Source of the DNA: Felis catus
Taxonomy: Eukaryota
Assembly (NCBI RefSeq): GCF_018350175.1
Contig: NC_058373.1
Span: 99,822,001 to 99,886,000 of the forward strand
Reading direction: 5' to 3'
Length of the DNA stretch: 64,000 bases
The position numbers and the translations under genes are program-made. The notes under the pieces were generated by a model. It did no database searches. It saw only the letters and a program-made list of their open reading frames with translations, and was not told where the DNA came from. The first letter of the stretch is position 1, and each line of letters opens with the position of its first letter. This document shows positions 13,744-26,140 of the stretch, one piece after another.

Positions 13744-14019
13744 TAAAGATGGGGAAACTAAGGTGAAAGGAGGTGAATGATTTGCCCCACTGGTAGGTGG
13801 AGGATCCAGGATTCAACCCAAGCCATGTAACTCCTGACATAGCATAAAGAAAACCTGGGCAGAAAGAGAGTAATACAATATTCAGAACAGACAAATGGTT
13901 CTAGCAAGTACTAGGAGATGGCGTTGGGTATAAGGCAAAAGAGATGGATACAGTGAGGCAGGTATGGGCAAGAAAACAGACTTCCATCTGCTGGAAAATG
14001 ACACCATCGCTTTGACTCA

Positions 14020-14410
14020 ATCATTCTGCCAGACTAGTTCCCTCCTCCCTCCCTTACATGCTGTCCTTGCTTCCTGTTAGTCTCCTCCCAGAATGCCCTT
14101 TCTGTCCAGTTTCCCTGTCCACACCCTGTCCAGCCCAGGAAAATCCCCTCTGTCTTCATTACACTCACTTTCCGTGACCACCCATCATCCTTACATGTGT
14201 TTCATGACTCACTTAAATACATAACCTCACACTGCCTTATGCTGTTACTTAGCAGTTTCAGGTGTTTCCAGCTTATTCCTCCAAATCAGTGAAGGCTCCT
14301 CTAAGTCAGGGACCATGTCTTAGTATGGTCTTTCATCAATGTCCCTTCCCATTCTCCACCATCCCCTCCCCAAGCTGTCCATATAAAAGGCATTCAATGA
14401 ATACTTGTTT
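14020..14410 (+). mobile_element. L2 3' remnant
   Basis: gtgaaggctcctctaagtcagggaccatgtctt...aggcattcaatgaatacttgtt. Confidence 0.55.
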
Positions 14411-15462
14411 ACTCAAATCCCATTATTGTGGGAAACCTTCTAAGTGACCTTTGTATGAGTAAGTTCTCAATCTTTAACTTTCTATTTGTATGTGGCACGC
14501 AATAGAGATCCATTGTTTGAAATTACATCCAGAACTTCTGTTTACTAAGTATGGTTTGAGTTATTTTGTGCAGATAAAAAAGAGAGAGAGAGAGAGAGGG
14601 AGAGAGAGACTGCTTCCGGAAAACATTTTTTATAACATTATTATTGGCGACTCATGCTGTCATGGAACTGCTTCTTTATTTTGGCTGAACTTTGAACACA
14701 GATTTACATTCTCCAAGTTTCCTTTGGAGTCAACTTTACTCTCATGCAAACTTCCAAAGGTTGCCAGCTACATCTCTCAATGTGAAGCAGAAAGAGCCAT
14801 GTGTACAGAAAAATGATCTAGCTAAAAGTCCAAAGTCTGTGTTTATTTTACTGCTTTTAGTTAAAATGTGCAAGTCTAGAATTTCCAAATGTTCACCATA
14901 TGTGTAAGCCCAAGCAAATCAAACAATTTTCAATTATAATTGGGTAATAATATGGTCTACCTTCTGTCTTACTATTTGAGCTTGCAATGTGAGCAGTAGA
15001 AGACAAGTATCAGTTCTCAGTTCTCATTTCTCAGGCCACAGAGTACCCAGAGTTCTGCACATGCCAATAATTGCCCCATATTCCCAATGTCTTTGAAACC
15101 CATCATGGAGTTTTCTTTTTAGTGATGATAAATTCTCATATTCCAATCCTGTAAAGTTAGCTTTCTTGCATTTAAATTCACTCTTCTAATTCGATTTCAA
15201 ATTGTAAGTAAATAAACTATTTTTAACATTCCTTTGTATCTTCTACAATGCCTAATTCCAATGCTTTGAAAACAACATAAAAAATTTAATTGACTCGTGA
15301 ACAAGTCAACAAAAGCTTAACGTGGCTTTTTCCATCAGAGATTGTAGGTATTTTTTGGTATTCTGTACTCAGAGAATGTGACCATCCTTCATAAATTTTA
15401 CTCTTAAATATTTATCCTATATTTAGTTAGAAGGTTACCTAGACTTAAAAAAATAGTTGATA

Positions 15463-15661
15463 GGAGCTCCTGGGTGGCTCAATTCGTTGAGTGCCCAACT
15501 CTTGATTTTGGCTCAGGTCATGATCCTAGAGTTGTAGGATCGAGCCCTGCATCGTGCTCTGTGCTGAGCAAGGAGCCTGCTTGAGATTCTCTCTCTCCCT
15601 CTCTCTCTCTGCCCCTCTCCCCCACTCATGCTCTCTCTCTCTCTAAAAAAAAAAATAAATA

Positions 15662-15692
<31 letters not shown>

Positions 15693-15705
15693 AATAAATA
15701 AAATA
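15463..15705 (+). mobile_element. Can-SINE with (TAAAA)n tail
   Basis: ggagctcctgggtggctca head, CT body, expanded A-rich tail. Confidence 0.92.
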
Positions 15706-17109
15706 AGTTAATTGAAAGTAGAAGGTACTAAGGTACTTCTGTGTATGTTTGATTTTTTAAATATATTTGTTAAATTACTGACCTACTCATTAACTTTTGT
15801 CCCAGGCCTAGTCCCATCTAAGACTGTTCTCTTTACATTCTCCAAGTTTCCTTTGGAGACAACTGTTCTCTTTAAACCAGTGCAAAGCCAGCTGGACATT
15901 TTATAAAGAGCACCCTTACTGACAACTTGTTTACAAATATGCTATTACTTCCACCCATGTCTGATAGCTAAGTCCCTAGTGGTTAGCAACACAGACAGTG
16001 ATCTCGAAGACTGTTCACATAAAGAAGCTAGGACCTACTGATCCCTGCTGCCCAGATTAATGTACCCGGGTTCCTTCATCTCCCAAGGGTACCGGTAGTC
16101 GTTGGGACTGTTCCATGCTGTGTATACCAGCCAGCAGGCTCGGCCCTACTCCATTCCTCTCTATTTTGTTTTTTCTTTCTCTCCTCTTCTCCTTTCTGCT
16201 CTCTCCTCCCATCTCTTCCCTTCCCCTCTTTCTTTTTTCCCTTCCCTACCCCTCTTTCTTTCTCTTTCTTCTTTGTTTCATTCAGTATTTATTAACAAAT
16301 TTTCTATTTATGGGGCCACTGTGTTAGAGTTTATGGTTGAATAGAGAAGTGAATATTAATAAAATTATCACAAATAGTGGTGAGTTCTATGAAGGTAAAG
16401 AATAGAGAGATATGACAGCAGGTTCCAGACACCTGGTCTGATCTGGAGGGTTGAGAACATGGGCTTAATTTTACACTTAGATCTCAGAGACAAGTTGTAT
16501 TTGTTAATTTATTACCCTTTTTCTCTTCTTTGTTTCACTTCTGAGAGATAAATTCTCCCCTTGTGCCAACTACTGGCACCTAGGGCCCAATGTAACGTTG
16601 TTGTTGTTGGTTTTTTGTTTTTTGTTTTTTTGTTTTTTTTTTACCTTCTCTCTTGTTATGCTAGAATTTGCCCAATAATCAATAAATATATCCTGAAATT
16701 AGGGTTTGGACATGTACTTGATTCTTAACAAGTGTAAAAATGGTATCAATGCAAAACTGACCTTGCTTCTCCCCCATATACTGGTAGCCCCGTGACATAT
16801 GTCCTCCCCTGCCCTTCTTTCCCTTCTAGTTGCCTCAAATTGTACACCTCCTTGGTCCCCATCACTTGGTTTGGCACTGGCCTCCTCTGCCACACCCCAG
16901 GCTGGACTTGACTCTGTAGGCTTCCTCACCCCTCTTTCTTCTTCCTGTTAATTTGTCCCCAAGCATCTCCTTCGTGAAACACATCAAAAATCTTATTAAA
17001 GAAAGTTTCCATTGTTGCCAATGTACTTACTATTTTCTCTCTGAGGCATAAAAGTATATTTTATTCATATTTTTAACAGCAAAAGATGACCCAAGTCATT
17101 TTCTTTGAT

Positions 17110-17630
17110 AAGCCTTAATGCTGGCAAAGATGTAGGAAAAATAGAAATTCTAATGCAATGTGACTGACCCTGTACATTTTGGGGGATTCATTGTCAGTAT
17201 CCTACCAAATATTTCAAATGTGCATGCTCCTTGACCCAGCAGATCCTTCTGAGACATGCTTCTCTATGCTGTATAAAGATGTATGTAGAAGAATGTTCAT
17301 TGCTTCTATTATAATAACAATTTTAAACAACCAAAGGGGATTGAAGAAATAAACAATGGTTCAATCACATACAGGGATACTTGCTGCCAATTTAATCAAT
17401 GAGATAAAGCTGTTTGGACTAACTTGGAAAGGTGTTCGTGATATATTGTTAAGTGGAAAAAAATCAAGGTATAGGACAATGTAGTAATATGATCCTATTC
17501 TTGAAAAAGTAATCATAAACAGCAATCACCTCTGGATAGTGGGATATCCCGGAACATTCATTTACTGACGCATCGCCACTGCAATGCTTCAGCTTTAACA
17601 GGTCAGCATGTTTTATTTTGTTAAATAAGT
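17110..17630 (+). mobile_element. Degraded old L1 (L1ME-like)
   Basis: gctggcaaagatgtagg...ccttgacccagcagatcc...gaatgttcattgc...gatatattgttaagtggaaaaaaatcaag. Confidence 0.55.
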
Positions 17631-18274
17631 AATCATGGCTATATAATACTTTTATATACTAATTTACAGTGGGTTTTCCCTCCTCCTACTCCCTTCCCTT
17701 TACTTGAGCAGTTTCTGTCTGTTCTCTCAAGGAATGTAACAGAACATAAAAATAGCCTTTCCAGTCTTTCTGGCTTTCGTGTTCCAAAAGCATAAGCCCT
17801 TAGGGGAAGAGAATTTATTACATGTGTAAACAAAATGTTTTATTCAGCAGTGAGGGGAAGGCAGGGTGTCCTCCAGACTGGGGAAAGACACCACCTGAAT
17901 GCAGTGATGGGGGAAAGAGAGTGTGAGAAGCCATCAGGAGGAGGAGGAGATCTTTTGAGTTACTAGAGCAGAAATAACCCACACACTGTTCTCAGGAGCT
18001 GGTGGAAAGGGCAAGGGACAGGGGTGGGAATAGGTAAGATTCCAGAACCTAAATGTCTGTATCTAAGCCAGAAGTTATATTACAACTCAGATACCTCCAG
18101 GTGTCCTGGAGCGAAATGGCCCACTTGGCAGGACAGCTGTTACTCAGTCTCCTGCTGTCCACCAGGAGTGAGGGCCCAGCGTTGCCAGACCTTCCAATTG
18201 TTCAAATCCAAAGTTTAAGTTACAAACACTTACTTTTTAACTGGCTCAGTTCCACAGGACACATTAATTGTACC

Positions 18275-18636
18275 TGTTGGTCCATTTGGGCTGCTGTAAC
18301 AAAAACGTCATAGGCTGGCTGGTTTATAAACAACACAAATTTATTTCTCACAGTTCTAGAGGCTGGGAAGTCCAAGATCAAGGCGCTGGAAAATGCGGTG
18401 TCTGGTGAAGACCTGTTTCCTCGTTCATAGTCATCTTCTCACTCTGTCTTCAGTTGTGGAAGCGGGGGAGAGAGCTCTCTGGGGCCTCTTTTATAAAGAT
18501 ACTAATCCCATCACTAGTGCTCCACCTTCCAGACCTAAGCACCTCCCAAAAGCCCCACCTCCAAATGCCATCACCTTGAGGGCTAGGATTTCAACATATG
18601 AATTTGGTGGGGACATAAACATTCAGTCCACTGTAG
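18275..18636 (-). mobile_element. ERVL-MaLR solo LTR (MLT1A-like)
   Basis: gggctgctgtaacaaaa...aaatttatttctcacagttctagaggctgggaagtccaagatcaagg...gatttcaacatatgaatttgg...ggacataaacattcagtcca. Confidence 0.85.
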
Positions 18637-18922
18637 TACCTGTGGGTGGAACCCAACCTACAGGCCTCACATGTGTGAATTGTTGGAAGAAAAAGAGGCA
18701 GTCTCGCAAACAATTCCTGCGCTCCAGGCATGGGCCAGGTAGCAGGAGCTGTGGGCGCTTCTCTTCACAGGTGCCAGTGTAGACCAGGACCACATGCTCC
18801 TTCCCACCCCCACTGCCTTGTTGAGGCCCGCAGCCACAGAGGCTGGATTAAAGAGAGGTGAGGGGACAAGAACCCCTATGTCCTGATGTTGTTGTGTTTT
18901 TTGTCTACCAGGGCAGGTGAAT

Positions 18923-18985
18923 AGAAGTGAAATGGAATAAAGAAGTGAATGGAATAAAACGCAGTCAGAAGTGAAATGGAATAAA
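18923..18985 (+). repeat. Three copies of an 18-19-bp unit agaagtga(a)atggaataaa
   Basis: Copies start at about 18923, 18941 and 18967. Confidence 0.85.
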
Positions 18986-19431
18986 GAAAGAATGGCTAAT
19001 ATAAGGATTATTTTGTGTAGTCTTTGTACGAAGAGCAGGGGCTCTCTGCCAGGCTCTGGAGAGCCAGCCCTTCCTTGAGAACCACTGCCCTGGCCACCTT
19101 TCTTCTCTTCCCGCCCCACCCACACCAGGACATCCCAGTCCCCATCTCCTACCACTGTCATCAGGACGCCAGGCCCTGAGAAAGCCAGGCCCACGCACGT
19201 GGGGTTGGGGGTGACAGGCAGGGAGGGTGCACTTTTATTTCTGGGATTGTGAGAAAAATGAGTTCCTGGAATCCCCAGTTGGAACCTGGAACAAATAAGA
19301 TACAACATAGTAGGGAGGGGTTTGTTTCTCTAGTGTTGTGAATATTACAGTTTGGCCATATTAAGTCATGTTGTGAGAACTGGCCTGGGAAACTAAAACA
19401 AGTCTTGATTAAAAAAAAAAAAAAATGAGAA

Positions 19432-19620
19432 GGGGCGCCTGGGTGGCTCAGTCGGTTAAGTGTTGGACTTCAGCTCAAACCATGATCTCACGGTTCATGA
19501 GTGGAGCCCTGCATTGGGCTCTCTGCAGTCAGCACAGAGCCCACTTCAGATCCTCTGTCCTCCCCTGCTTGCATTCTCTCTCTTTCTCTCAAAATGAACA
19601 AAACATTTTTTAAATTATTT
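19432..19620 (+). mobile_element. Can-SINE
   Basis: ggggcgcctgggtggctcagtcggttaag head; approximate TSD aaatgag. Confidence 0.92.
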
Positions 19621-20097
19621 AAGAAATGAGGGGAGGCATTTGAACACTACTAACCTACAATCAAACCTAAGGTTCTCCTCACCACTTTCCTCTCTTGCAC
19701 CTCTACTTTCTCTCCCTTATTTAGCCAAATGATTCTTACAGCTTCAATTCACACCTTTACACAGATGTGTCAAAACCTAGAGCACAGGTGCAAATTCTCC
19801 TCTGAGCACCAGACACACAATCTCCCCAGCCTGGGGAACATCTCTGCCTGGGCTGTTGAAAGGTTTCCCAGAGACCAATGGGAATCTTAATAAGGAACTC
19901 CATGGAGGTGGGGGGTGGTGAAGGAAAAGGGGAGAAACATGAGAAATGACCACCCTTTGCTCCAGGGGAATAGAGGTATGGATCACCAGGCCAGAGCACC
20001 AGCTGAATTTCAACTCCTGGGCTGGGCATTCTTGTATGGAGTCTCTTCCTCCCATCTTCCCTTTTCTGTCACTATTTTTCTAGTCAAGACTTGATTA

Positions 20098-20316
20098 GGA
20101 GCACCTGGGTGGCTCAGTCGGTTGAGCGTCCGACCTCGGCTCAGGTCATGATCTCACGGCTCGTGAGTTCGAGCCCCACGACGGGCTCTGTGCTGACAGT
20201 TCAGAGCCTCGAGCCTGCTTTGGATTCTGTGTGTGTCTCTCTCTGCCCCTAACCCACTCGCATTCTGTCTCTGTCTGTCTCAAAAATAAATAAATATTAA
20301 AAAAAAATTTTTTTTA
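20098..20316 (+). mobile_element. Can-SINE (SINEC_Fc)
   Basis: Full head, body and tail; TSD aagacttga(t/c)ta at 20086-20097 and 20317-20328. Confidence 0.95.
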
Positions 20317-20988
20317 AAGACTTGACTAGAGATCCCCTGACCAGCTTAGATGTCAATTCTTCCAGAAAGTCTTTCCTAACCCTCTAAGTAAGAATCAGGT
20401 GCCTCTACGTGTCATATACTTCCCTCCCAACAACTCTTAGCACACTGAGGTGGAAAGCCCTGTTGTTTGCCTTTTACACTCTACGGTCCCTGCCTTACAA
20501 TGGTTCAACTTTACAATGGTGCAAAAGCAATACACATCCAGTAAGAACCTTACTTTGAATTTTAGATTTGGATCTTTTCCCAGGCTAGTGATATGCAGTA
20601 CAATCCTTGTTCATGATGCTGAGCAGCACCGGGGAACTGCAGCTACCAGGCAGCCGCGTAGTCAAGAGAGCAAACAACTCACACACCGACAACCATCCTG
20701 GACCCATCCAACCATTCTGTTTTCACTTTCAGGGCAGCATTAAGTCAATTTCATGAGCTAGTCAACACTTGATTATAAAGCAGGCTTTGTGTGAGATGAG
20801 TTTGCCCAACTGGAGGCTAATGTAGGTGTTCTGGGCATGCTTAGCGCAGGCTGCCAGGCCAAGCTATTATGTTCAGCAGGCTAGGTGTATTAGATGCCTA
20901 ATTTTTGACTTAAGATATTTGAACTTTCAATGTGTTCAACTTGCAATGCGTTTATCAGGACAGGAGCCCATTGTAAGTTGAGGAAGAT

Positions 20989-21116
20989 GGGGCACCTGGG
21001 TGGCTCAGTCGGTTGAGCATCTGACTTCAGCTCATGTCATGGACTCACGGTTCGTGAGTTTGAGCCCCATGTTGCGCTCTGTGCTGACAGCTTGGAGCCT
21101 GGAACCTGCATCAGAT

Positions 21117-21154
<38 letters not shown>

Positions 21155-21449
21155 TTTTTTTTTTTTAATGTTTATTTGTTTCTGAGACAGAGAGAGAGCA
21201 TGAGTGGGGGAGGGGCAGAGAGAGAGGGAGACACAGAATTAGAAGCAGGCTCCAGGCTCTGAGCTGTCAGCACAGAGCCGGATGTGGGGCTCGAACCCAC
21301 AAACTGTGAGATCATGACCTGAGCCAAAGTCGGTCGCTCAACCGACTGAGCCACCCAGACGTCACTCTCCCTCTCTCTTTGTTCCTCCCATGCTCACACT
21401 CTCTCTCTGAAAAATAAAGATTAAAAAAAAATTTTTTTTAATAAAAAAA
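20989..21449 (+). mobile_element. Can-SINE (outer), split by an antisense SINE
   Basis: Head at 20989; 3' part resumes at 21366-21449; TSD taagtt(g/t)aggaagat at 20974-20988 and 21450-21464. Confidence 0.93.
21149..21365 (-). mobile_element. Can-SINE (inner), nested in the (CT)n of the outer SINE
   Basis: Poly(T) tail at left; reverse-complement head ...accgactgagccacccag at right. Confidence 0.93.
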
Positions 21450-23639
21450 TAAGTTTAGGAAGATCTGTACTTACAGAGAAGTAGGAGGAAGGAAGAAACT
21501 TAGCTGCCTTCTTCATATACCTATTATGGCAGTGATCTTATTTCATTTTTTATTTATGGTTTAGACAGTTGATCAAGAAATACTGGATTTCCTTATTTTC
21601 GCCAACCAATTTATTTTTTATTCTGAGCCCCCATCCTTGCCATGCTGGGGTATATTTCGATTTCAGTCATTCTTGGTTCTCTCTGCAGGACTAAGCTCCC
21701 AGGGACATTCTTCTGGACCACAGTCACAAGGACAATGCCACAGCCTCTCAGTCACTGCCTCTATGCCGATTCTGGGCTCTGCCTGCGGGCACTGGCATCC
21801 TGGCAAAGCCAAGAGTCATGTGGTTCTTTCCCTGAAGTCTCCCCACTTCCAGGGAGCAAGAGCTCCATATCCCACCCTTAATCCCACCCACTCACCCCCA
21901 AGGCAAGAAGGAACCCCTTCCTGTCTCCATGCGTCCCTCTCAGCGCTCCCTGCCACACCCAGCACAACTTCTTCAATGTGCTTAGGCTTCTAAAAATCAA
22001 AAGCTGGAAAGAGAACAACTTCTGCTTTCTGCCCCTTCCTTTCAAGGAGGCAGGTCAGAGCATGGCTCCCTGCTCAAACGAGGGAAGGTAGAGAATAAAA
22101 TACAAAGGTGTGCCTGGGTGGCTCAGTCCAGAAACAGGCATTCCAGAAACAGGTAGGCAAGAGGGAGTCCTGGACTCGGAGACTCGGGTTCAGCTGCTGT
22201 GTGTCTCTGAAAAATGCTAGCGCTTTGCACACCCCCTCTCTGGGCCCAGCCAGGAAAGGGGTGAGAAGGGCAGGGAAACCTGCAGGCAAATTTCGGAGAA
22301 CCTAGAACAGAAGGAGAACTGGATAAAGCAAATGTAGGTCATGTGACCCTGAAGGCAGCAGGCCAAGCTGACACCAGATACGTTGATGAGACTGGACCAT
22401 GTGATACGACCCAGCTACACAGGGACAGCGTGGGGTGCCTGTACCTGCCCCAGCACCAAACAGCACAGAAGCACTGTTGCCCTAATCCTCATCCTTCATA
22501 GGAAATGCTGATCTTTGCCTCTGCATTTAATCCAAGAAGATGGTTTGATCCAGTGATCCTGATTTGACAATATTAAGTCTTCCACCATCGGCAGAATGGA
22601 GTGCTTCAGAGCTAAGTAATTTCAGTTCTGGAGGGTCATAAACAATTCCAACTCCTCGTATCCAAGATTTGTAGCCTGGTAAAAACTTATACCAACAAAT
22701 AATTTTAAGCAGAGCTGAAATGGAAACTTTTATTGGAGTGCAACCCAACCTTTGTTGCTTAAGATGTTCTATCCAACATATTCTTATATTCTTATAGTTC
22801 TAAGAAAATAATTCTGTTTTATAGCTTCATACTTAAAGCATTTTTTTCTTTCTTAAAGAAATGATTTTTCAGTAATTGTATTACAGCTTTTTCTTTGAGG
22901 CCAAGGTAAAATTAGACTTTATGGATCAATTCTACTTGTAATGTATATATTTTAACTTAGGAGTCTTTGCCCCTTTTCCAAACATGAGGTGATCATTCAA
23001 AGCCCCATTTTCCATCCCACAGCCTGGAAACATCCTTGATGCAGAGGAAAGATAACAATCTGGATCCGCTCAGGGAAAGAAACCCACAATAATTTATTTT
23101 CGTGGCATAACAGAAAATGTAGTGGAAAAGTCACAAACCCAGGAATCAGTAGATATGGTCTCCTGGCTTCCGGTGTGGGAGTTTAGTCTTTGGGTGGGAG
23201 TTTTGTCAGCTTGTTGGTACCCTGTTTCCTTTCCCCCCATTTGTGAAATGTAGGGCCTGACAGAGATGATCTCCAAGGCAGTGCTCCTCACACTTTAATG
23301 TGTCGATCTTGCCCACGTACGCAGATCTAGAGGAGAGCCTGATAGTCTGCATTCTAATCAGCTCCCAAGAGGCAGGTGATGTACATTCTCAAACCAAACT
23401 CAAATGTGCATCGAGTAACAAGACTCCAAGGACAGCCGGTACCCAAACTGTTCTATATTTCATTAACTCGTGTCTGCCTTCAGAGAACTGTTATTGTTTG
23501 CATTTTTTTAAAATTACATTTTGCACAGTTAGAAAGGACCCACGTTGTTCAAGTTTAAGTTAATTAGGGATTGGGATCACTGTTAAGGGTTGCAGGTCAC
23601 TGCTAACAGATGCATAAACACACACCTTTTTTTCTGTAG

Positions 23640-23840
23640 CCCAGCAGTTCTGGCTCTAGCTGCAGTTAGTATCACCTGAGGTGGCTTCAAAACCTACTAG
23701 TTCCTGCCCGCCCACCTCCATTTACATACACACCAGAATACAATTGAACTGGTCTGGGGAGGGGCCCAGTCACGGGGTGTTTCTCAAAATCTCTGCTTGT
23801 CCTGTGATTCTAATGCGTAGCCAAGATGGAGAACCACGGC
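23640..23840. mobile_element. hAT-Charlie MITE (MER5A-like)
   Basis: cagcagttct...atcacctgagg...ggtctggggaggggcccag...gtgattctaatgcgtagccaagatggagaaccac. Confidence 0.65.
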
Positions 23841-24319
23841 AGGCCAGCCTCTCCGGCCAGCCTCTCCGACTATGAAGGCACTCCAGGTACGGTCAAGTTG
23901 TTTTCAAGACTACTCACGGCTGTTATCCATTAACTCAGGGCATTCTTGTAGAAAGCGTAGTTAAATTATACAACTCACGTAACCATTTCTCTTCTGAACT
24001 TGTAATTCAATCAAGGTTCTCGGCAAGGGAGATGATACAGAGAAACCTCTGGCTTTGTTTGGTCCTTTTTAGAAAAAAGAAAAGAAGGTGGTCCAGTCTA
24101 TAATGCACACTTTGGCTCTACGGAACACACAGGCTTTAAGGGAGATTTTGTCCACTTTCTCAGTTGCGAGGCTCAACTTGAAACAGCAAAGTTTTATAAA
24201 ATCAGCAGAAGCCAGCATAGACTGTAAAAGTTCCTGGAGATTCAGATGTCATCAGAGCAATCTCTCCCCAGAGAACAAGTCTTGCCAGAGTGTTGCCATG
24301 GTCAGGAAGCCACATGGTC

Positions 24320-24490
24320 AGTTGAAATCCTGGCTACACCATTTTCTAACTATATGACCTTGGGCAATTTTATTAACACCTGAGTTTCCTTTTTCGTAAA
24401 ATGTAATGAGGATTAGGTTATAAAGATTAAAATGAGCTAATGTATATAAAGTGCTTTTGGTACAATGCTCTTATACAGTAACTGTCATCT
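24320..24490 (+). mobile_element. MIR SINE
   Basis: tgaaatcctggctacacc...tatatgaccttgggcaattt...aagattaaaatgagctaatgtatataaagtgctt. Confidence 0.7.
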
Positions 24491-24545
24491 ATGCTGCTTT
24501 GAGAAGTGGGACATCACTATTTCCGCCTTTAAAAATGACATTTTA

Positions 24546-24762
24546 GGGGCACCTGGGTGGTTCAGTCAGTTAAGCGTCTGGCTCTTGATTTCGGCTCAGG
24601 TCATGATCTCAATGTTCATGAGTTTCAGCCCTGTGTTGGACTCTGCTCTGACAACACGGAGCCTGCTTGGGATTCTCTCTCTCCCTTTCTCTCTGCCCCT
24701 TCCCTGATCATGCTCTCTCAATCTCTCTCAAAATAAATAAGTAAACTAAAAAATAAATAAAG
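24546..24762 (+). mobile_element. Can-SINE
   Basis: ggggcacctgggtggttcag head; approximate TSD ending catttta. Confidence 0.93.
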
Positions 24763-25588
24763 TAAAACCCCATTTTAGCATTGCCTCAGCAAGACTATAG
24801 TGTGTATTTGTTTAGACAATGATGAAAATAGTATGGGTTTAGCAGGAGTGAGGTAGTCATGAAGCCAGAAAGGTAAACGGAGGCCGGTTTGTGGCAGGCT
24901 TTATAGACTGGATTAATCTTGTTGGCAGTGGAGAGCTCTTTGAGAATTTTGAGCCAGAGAATGACATGATCATTTTTTTCTGTTTTAAAATAGACCATTT
25001 GCAAAGTTCAAATGGGGTTTACAAGTATCTCCCCTCTTCTTGAGCTGCAAGAATTTCTCTGCCCTACTTCTGTAAGTGATACCATCACAACACGCATTTG
25101 CAATTTGTGGTTTTTCTGAAGCAAAGAAGGACTCTCAAACCACTGGTGTTTCCATTTCTGCCCCAAGAGGATGACAGTTGAACAAAACCTCGAAGTCCCC
25201 AAATACATTCTAACAACTCCCAGCTAGCTACAGCCCTGAAGTAATTTTATTTTTCTCTTAAGTCGTTAAATGGATATTCGTATTAGCTCAGGCACTTTTA
25301 AGATTTACGTTCCAGTGCCCCAGCAAGACCCAAATCAAAGTAAAAGAGCAAGATAAAGGAATAATGTCCTGGATCTTCCAGGAGCAGTAGGGGCCCCTCC
25401 AGATACTATGGGAATTTCATATAATTGAAAGAAATTACTAGCCTACTGTCAAGTAGCTTGTGGGTTTAGGGTCAGGGAGTTTATAAGTGAGACTTGGGGC
25501 TTGGCCAGACATGATGTAGAATGTGAACATTTTCACAGGCTAAGAGTTTTGCCCAAGTCACCTCCCATACGTTAAAACCAGAGTATGT

Positions 25589-25691
25589 GGGGACACTTCG
25601 CTGGCTCAGTCGGTAGAACATGTAACTCTTGATGTTGGGTTCATGAGTTTGGCCCCACGTTGGGCATAGAGATTACTTAAAAAAAAAAAAA
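25589..25691 (+). mobile_element. Short-type carnivore Can-SINE
   Basis: ctggctcagtcggtagaacatgtaactcttgat...ccccacgttgggcatagagattactt followed by poly(A). Confidence 0.85.
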
Positions 25692-25939
25692 GACCCGTAA
25701 TATATAAAATTAGGTATCCTGACTCTGGGCTTCTACTTAAGAAAAAGACAAAACATTCTTAAATAAAATAAATATAGTCCTTCCAACTCAGAAGTAGGAG
25801 GTATTTAGAAAGTGGAGTTGAAGTGATGTAACTTCTAAACCCAGTTTGGGGAGAGTCATTCAACACTAAAATCTCTTTTCTCCCCAAAATAAATGTTCAT
25901 AACCAACTCTCCATCATCCAGATGTGCAAAGGTTCAACA

Positions 25940-26140
25940 AATGCTTGCTGAGTGCTTAGTGTATGCTAACGCCTGTGTTTTTGTCATTCTGTTCTACCAG
26001 AACTCTCCTGACTACTTAGTATCATTAACCCCATTTTGCAGATAAGGATACTGACAGTTGGAGGGGTTAAGTAACTTGCCCAAAACCACATGAGCTTGAA
26101 TGTGGCAGAAGCAGGATTCAAACACTGAATCTAAAGTCTG
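25940..26140 (-). mobile_element. MIR SINE
   Basis: ccccattttgcagataaggatactga...ggttaagtaacttgcccaa...ggcagaagcaggattcaaac. Confidence 0.7.

Larger units (their letters stand above)
13240..13836 (-). mobile_element. MIR SINE interrupted by two Can-SINEs
   Basis: cactgtgtgctagttactgctgtaaa...|SINEs|taaagatggggaaactaaggt...gatttgcccc...ccaggattcaacccaag. Confidence 0.65.
20481..21467 (-). mobile_element. TcMar-Tigger MITE (MER47/Tigger5-like) with nested SINEs in one terminal inverted repeat
   Basis: Left TIR acggtccctgccttacaatggttc; right TIR cccattgtaagttgaggaagat|SINEs|ctg followed by TA; internal tttgcccaactggaggctaatgta...aggtgtattagatgc. Confidence 0.8.

Noticed and set aside
18667..19308. 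213-aa minus-strand ORF
   Set aside because: No recognisable domain; it spans GC-richer and tandem-repeat sequence and is likely a chance ORF.
22107..22128. Isolated SINE-head-like 22-mer ggtgtgcctgggtggctcagtc
   Set aside because: No body, tail or TSD; too short to call.
22445..22748. Minus-strand ORF and exon-like block (acceptor tttttaccag)
   Set aside because: No recognisable homology and no partner exons; insufficient evidence.
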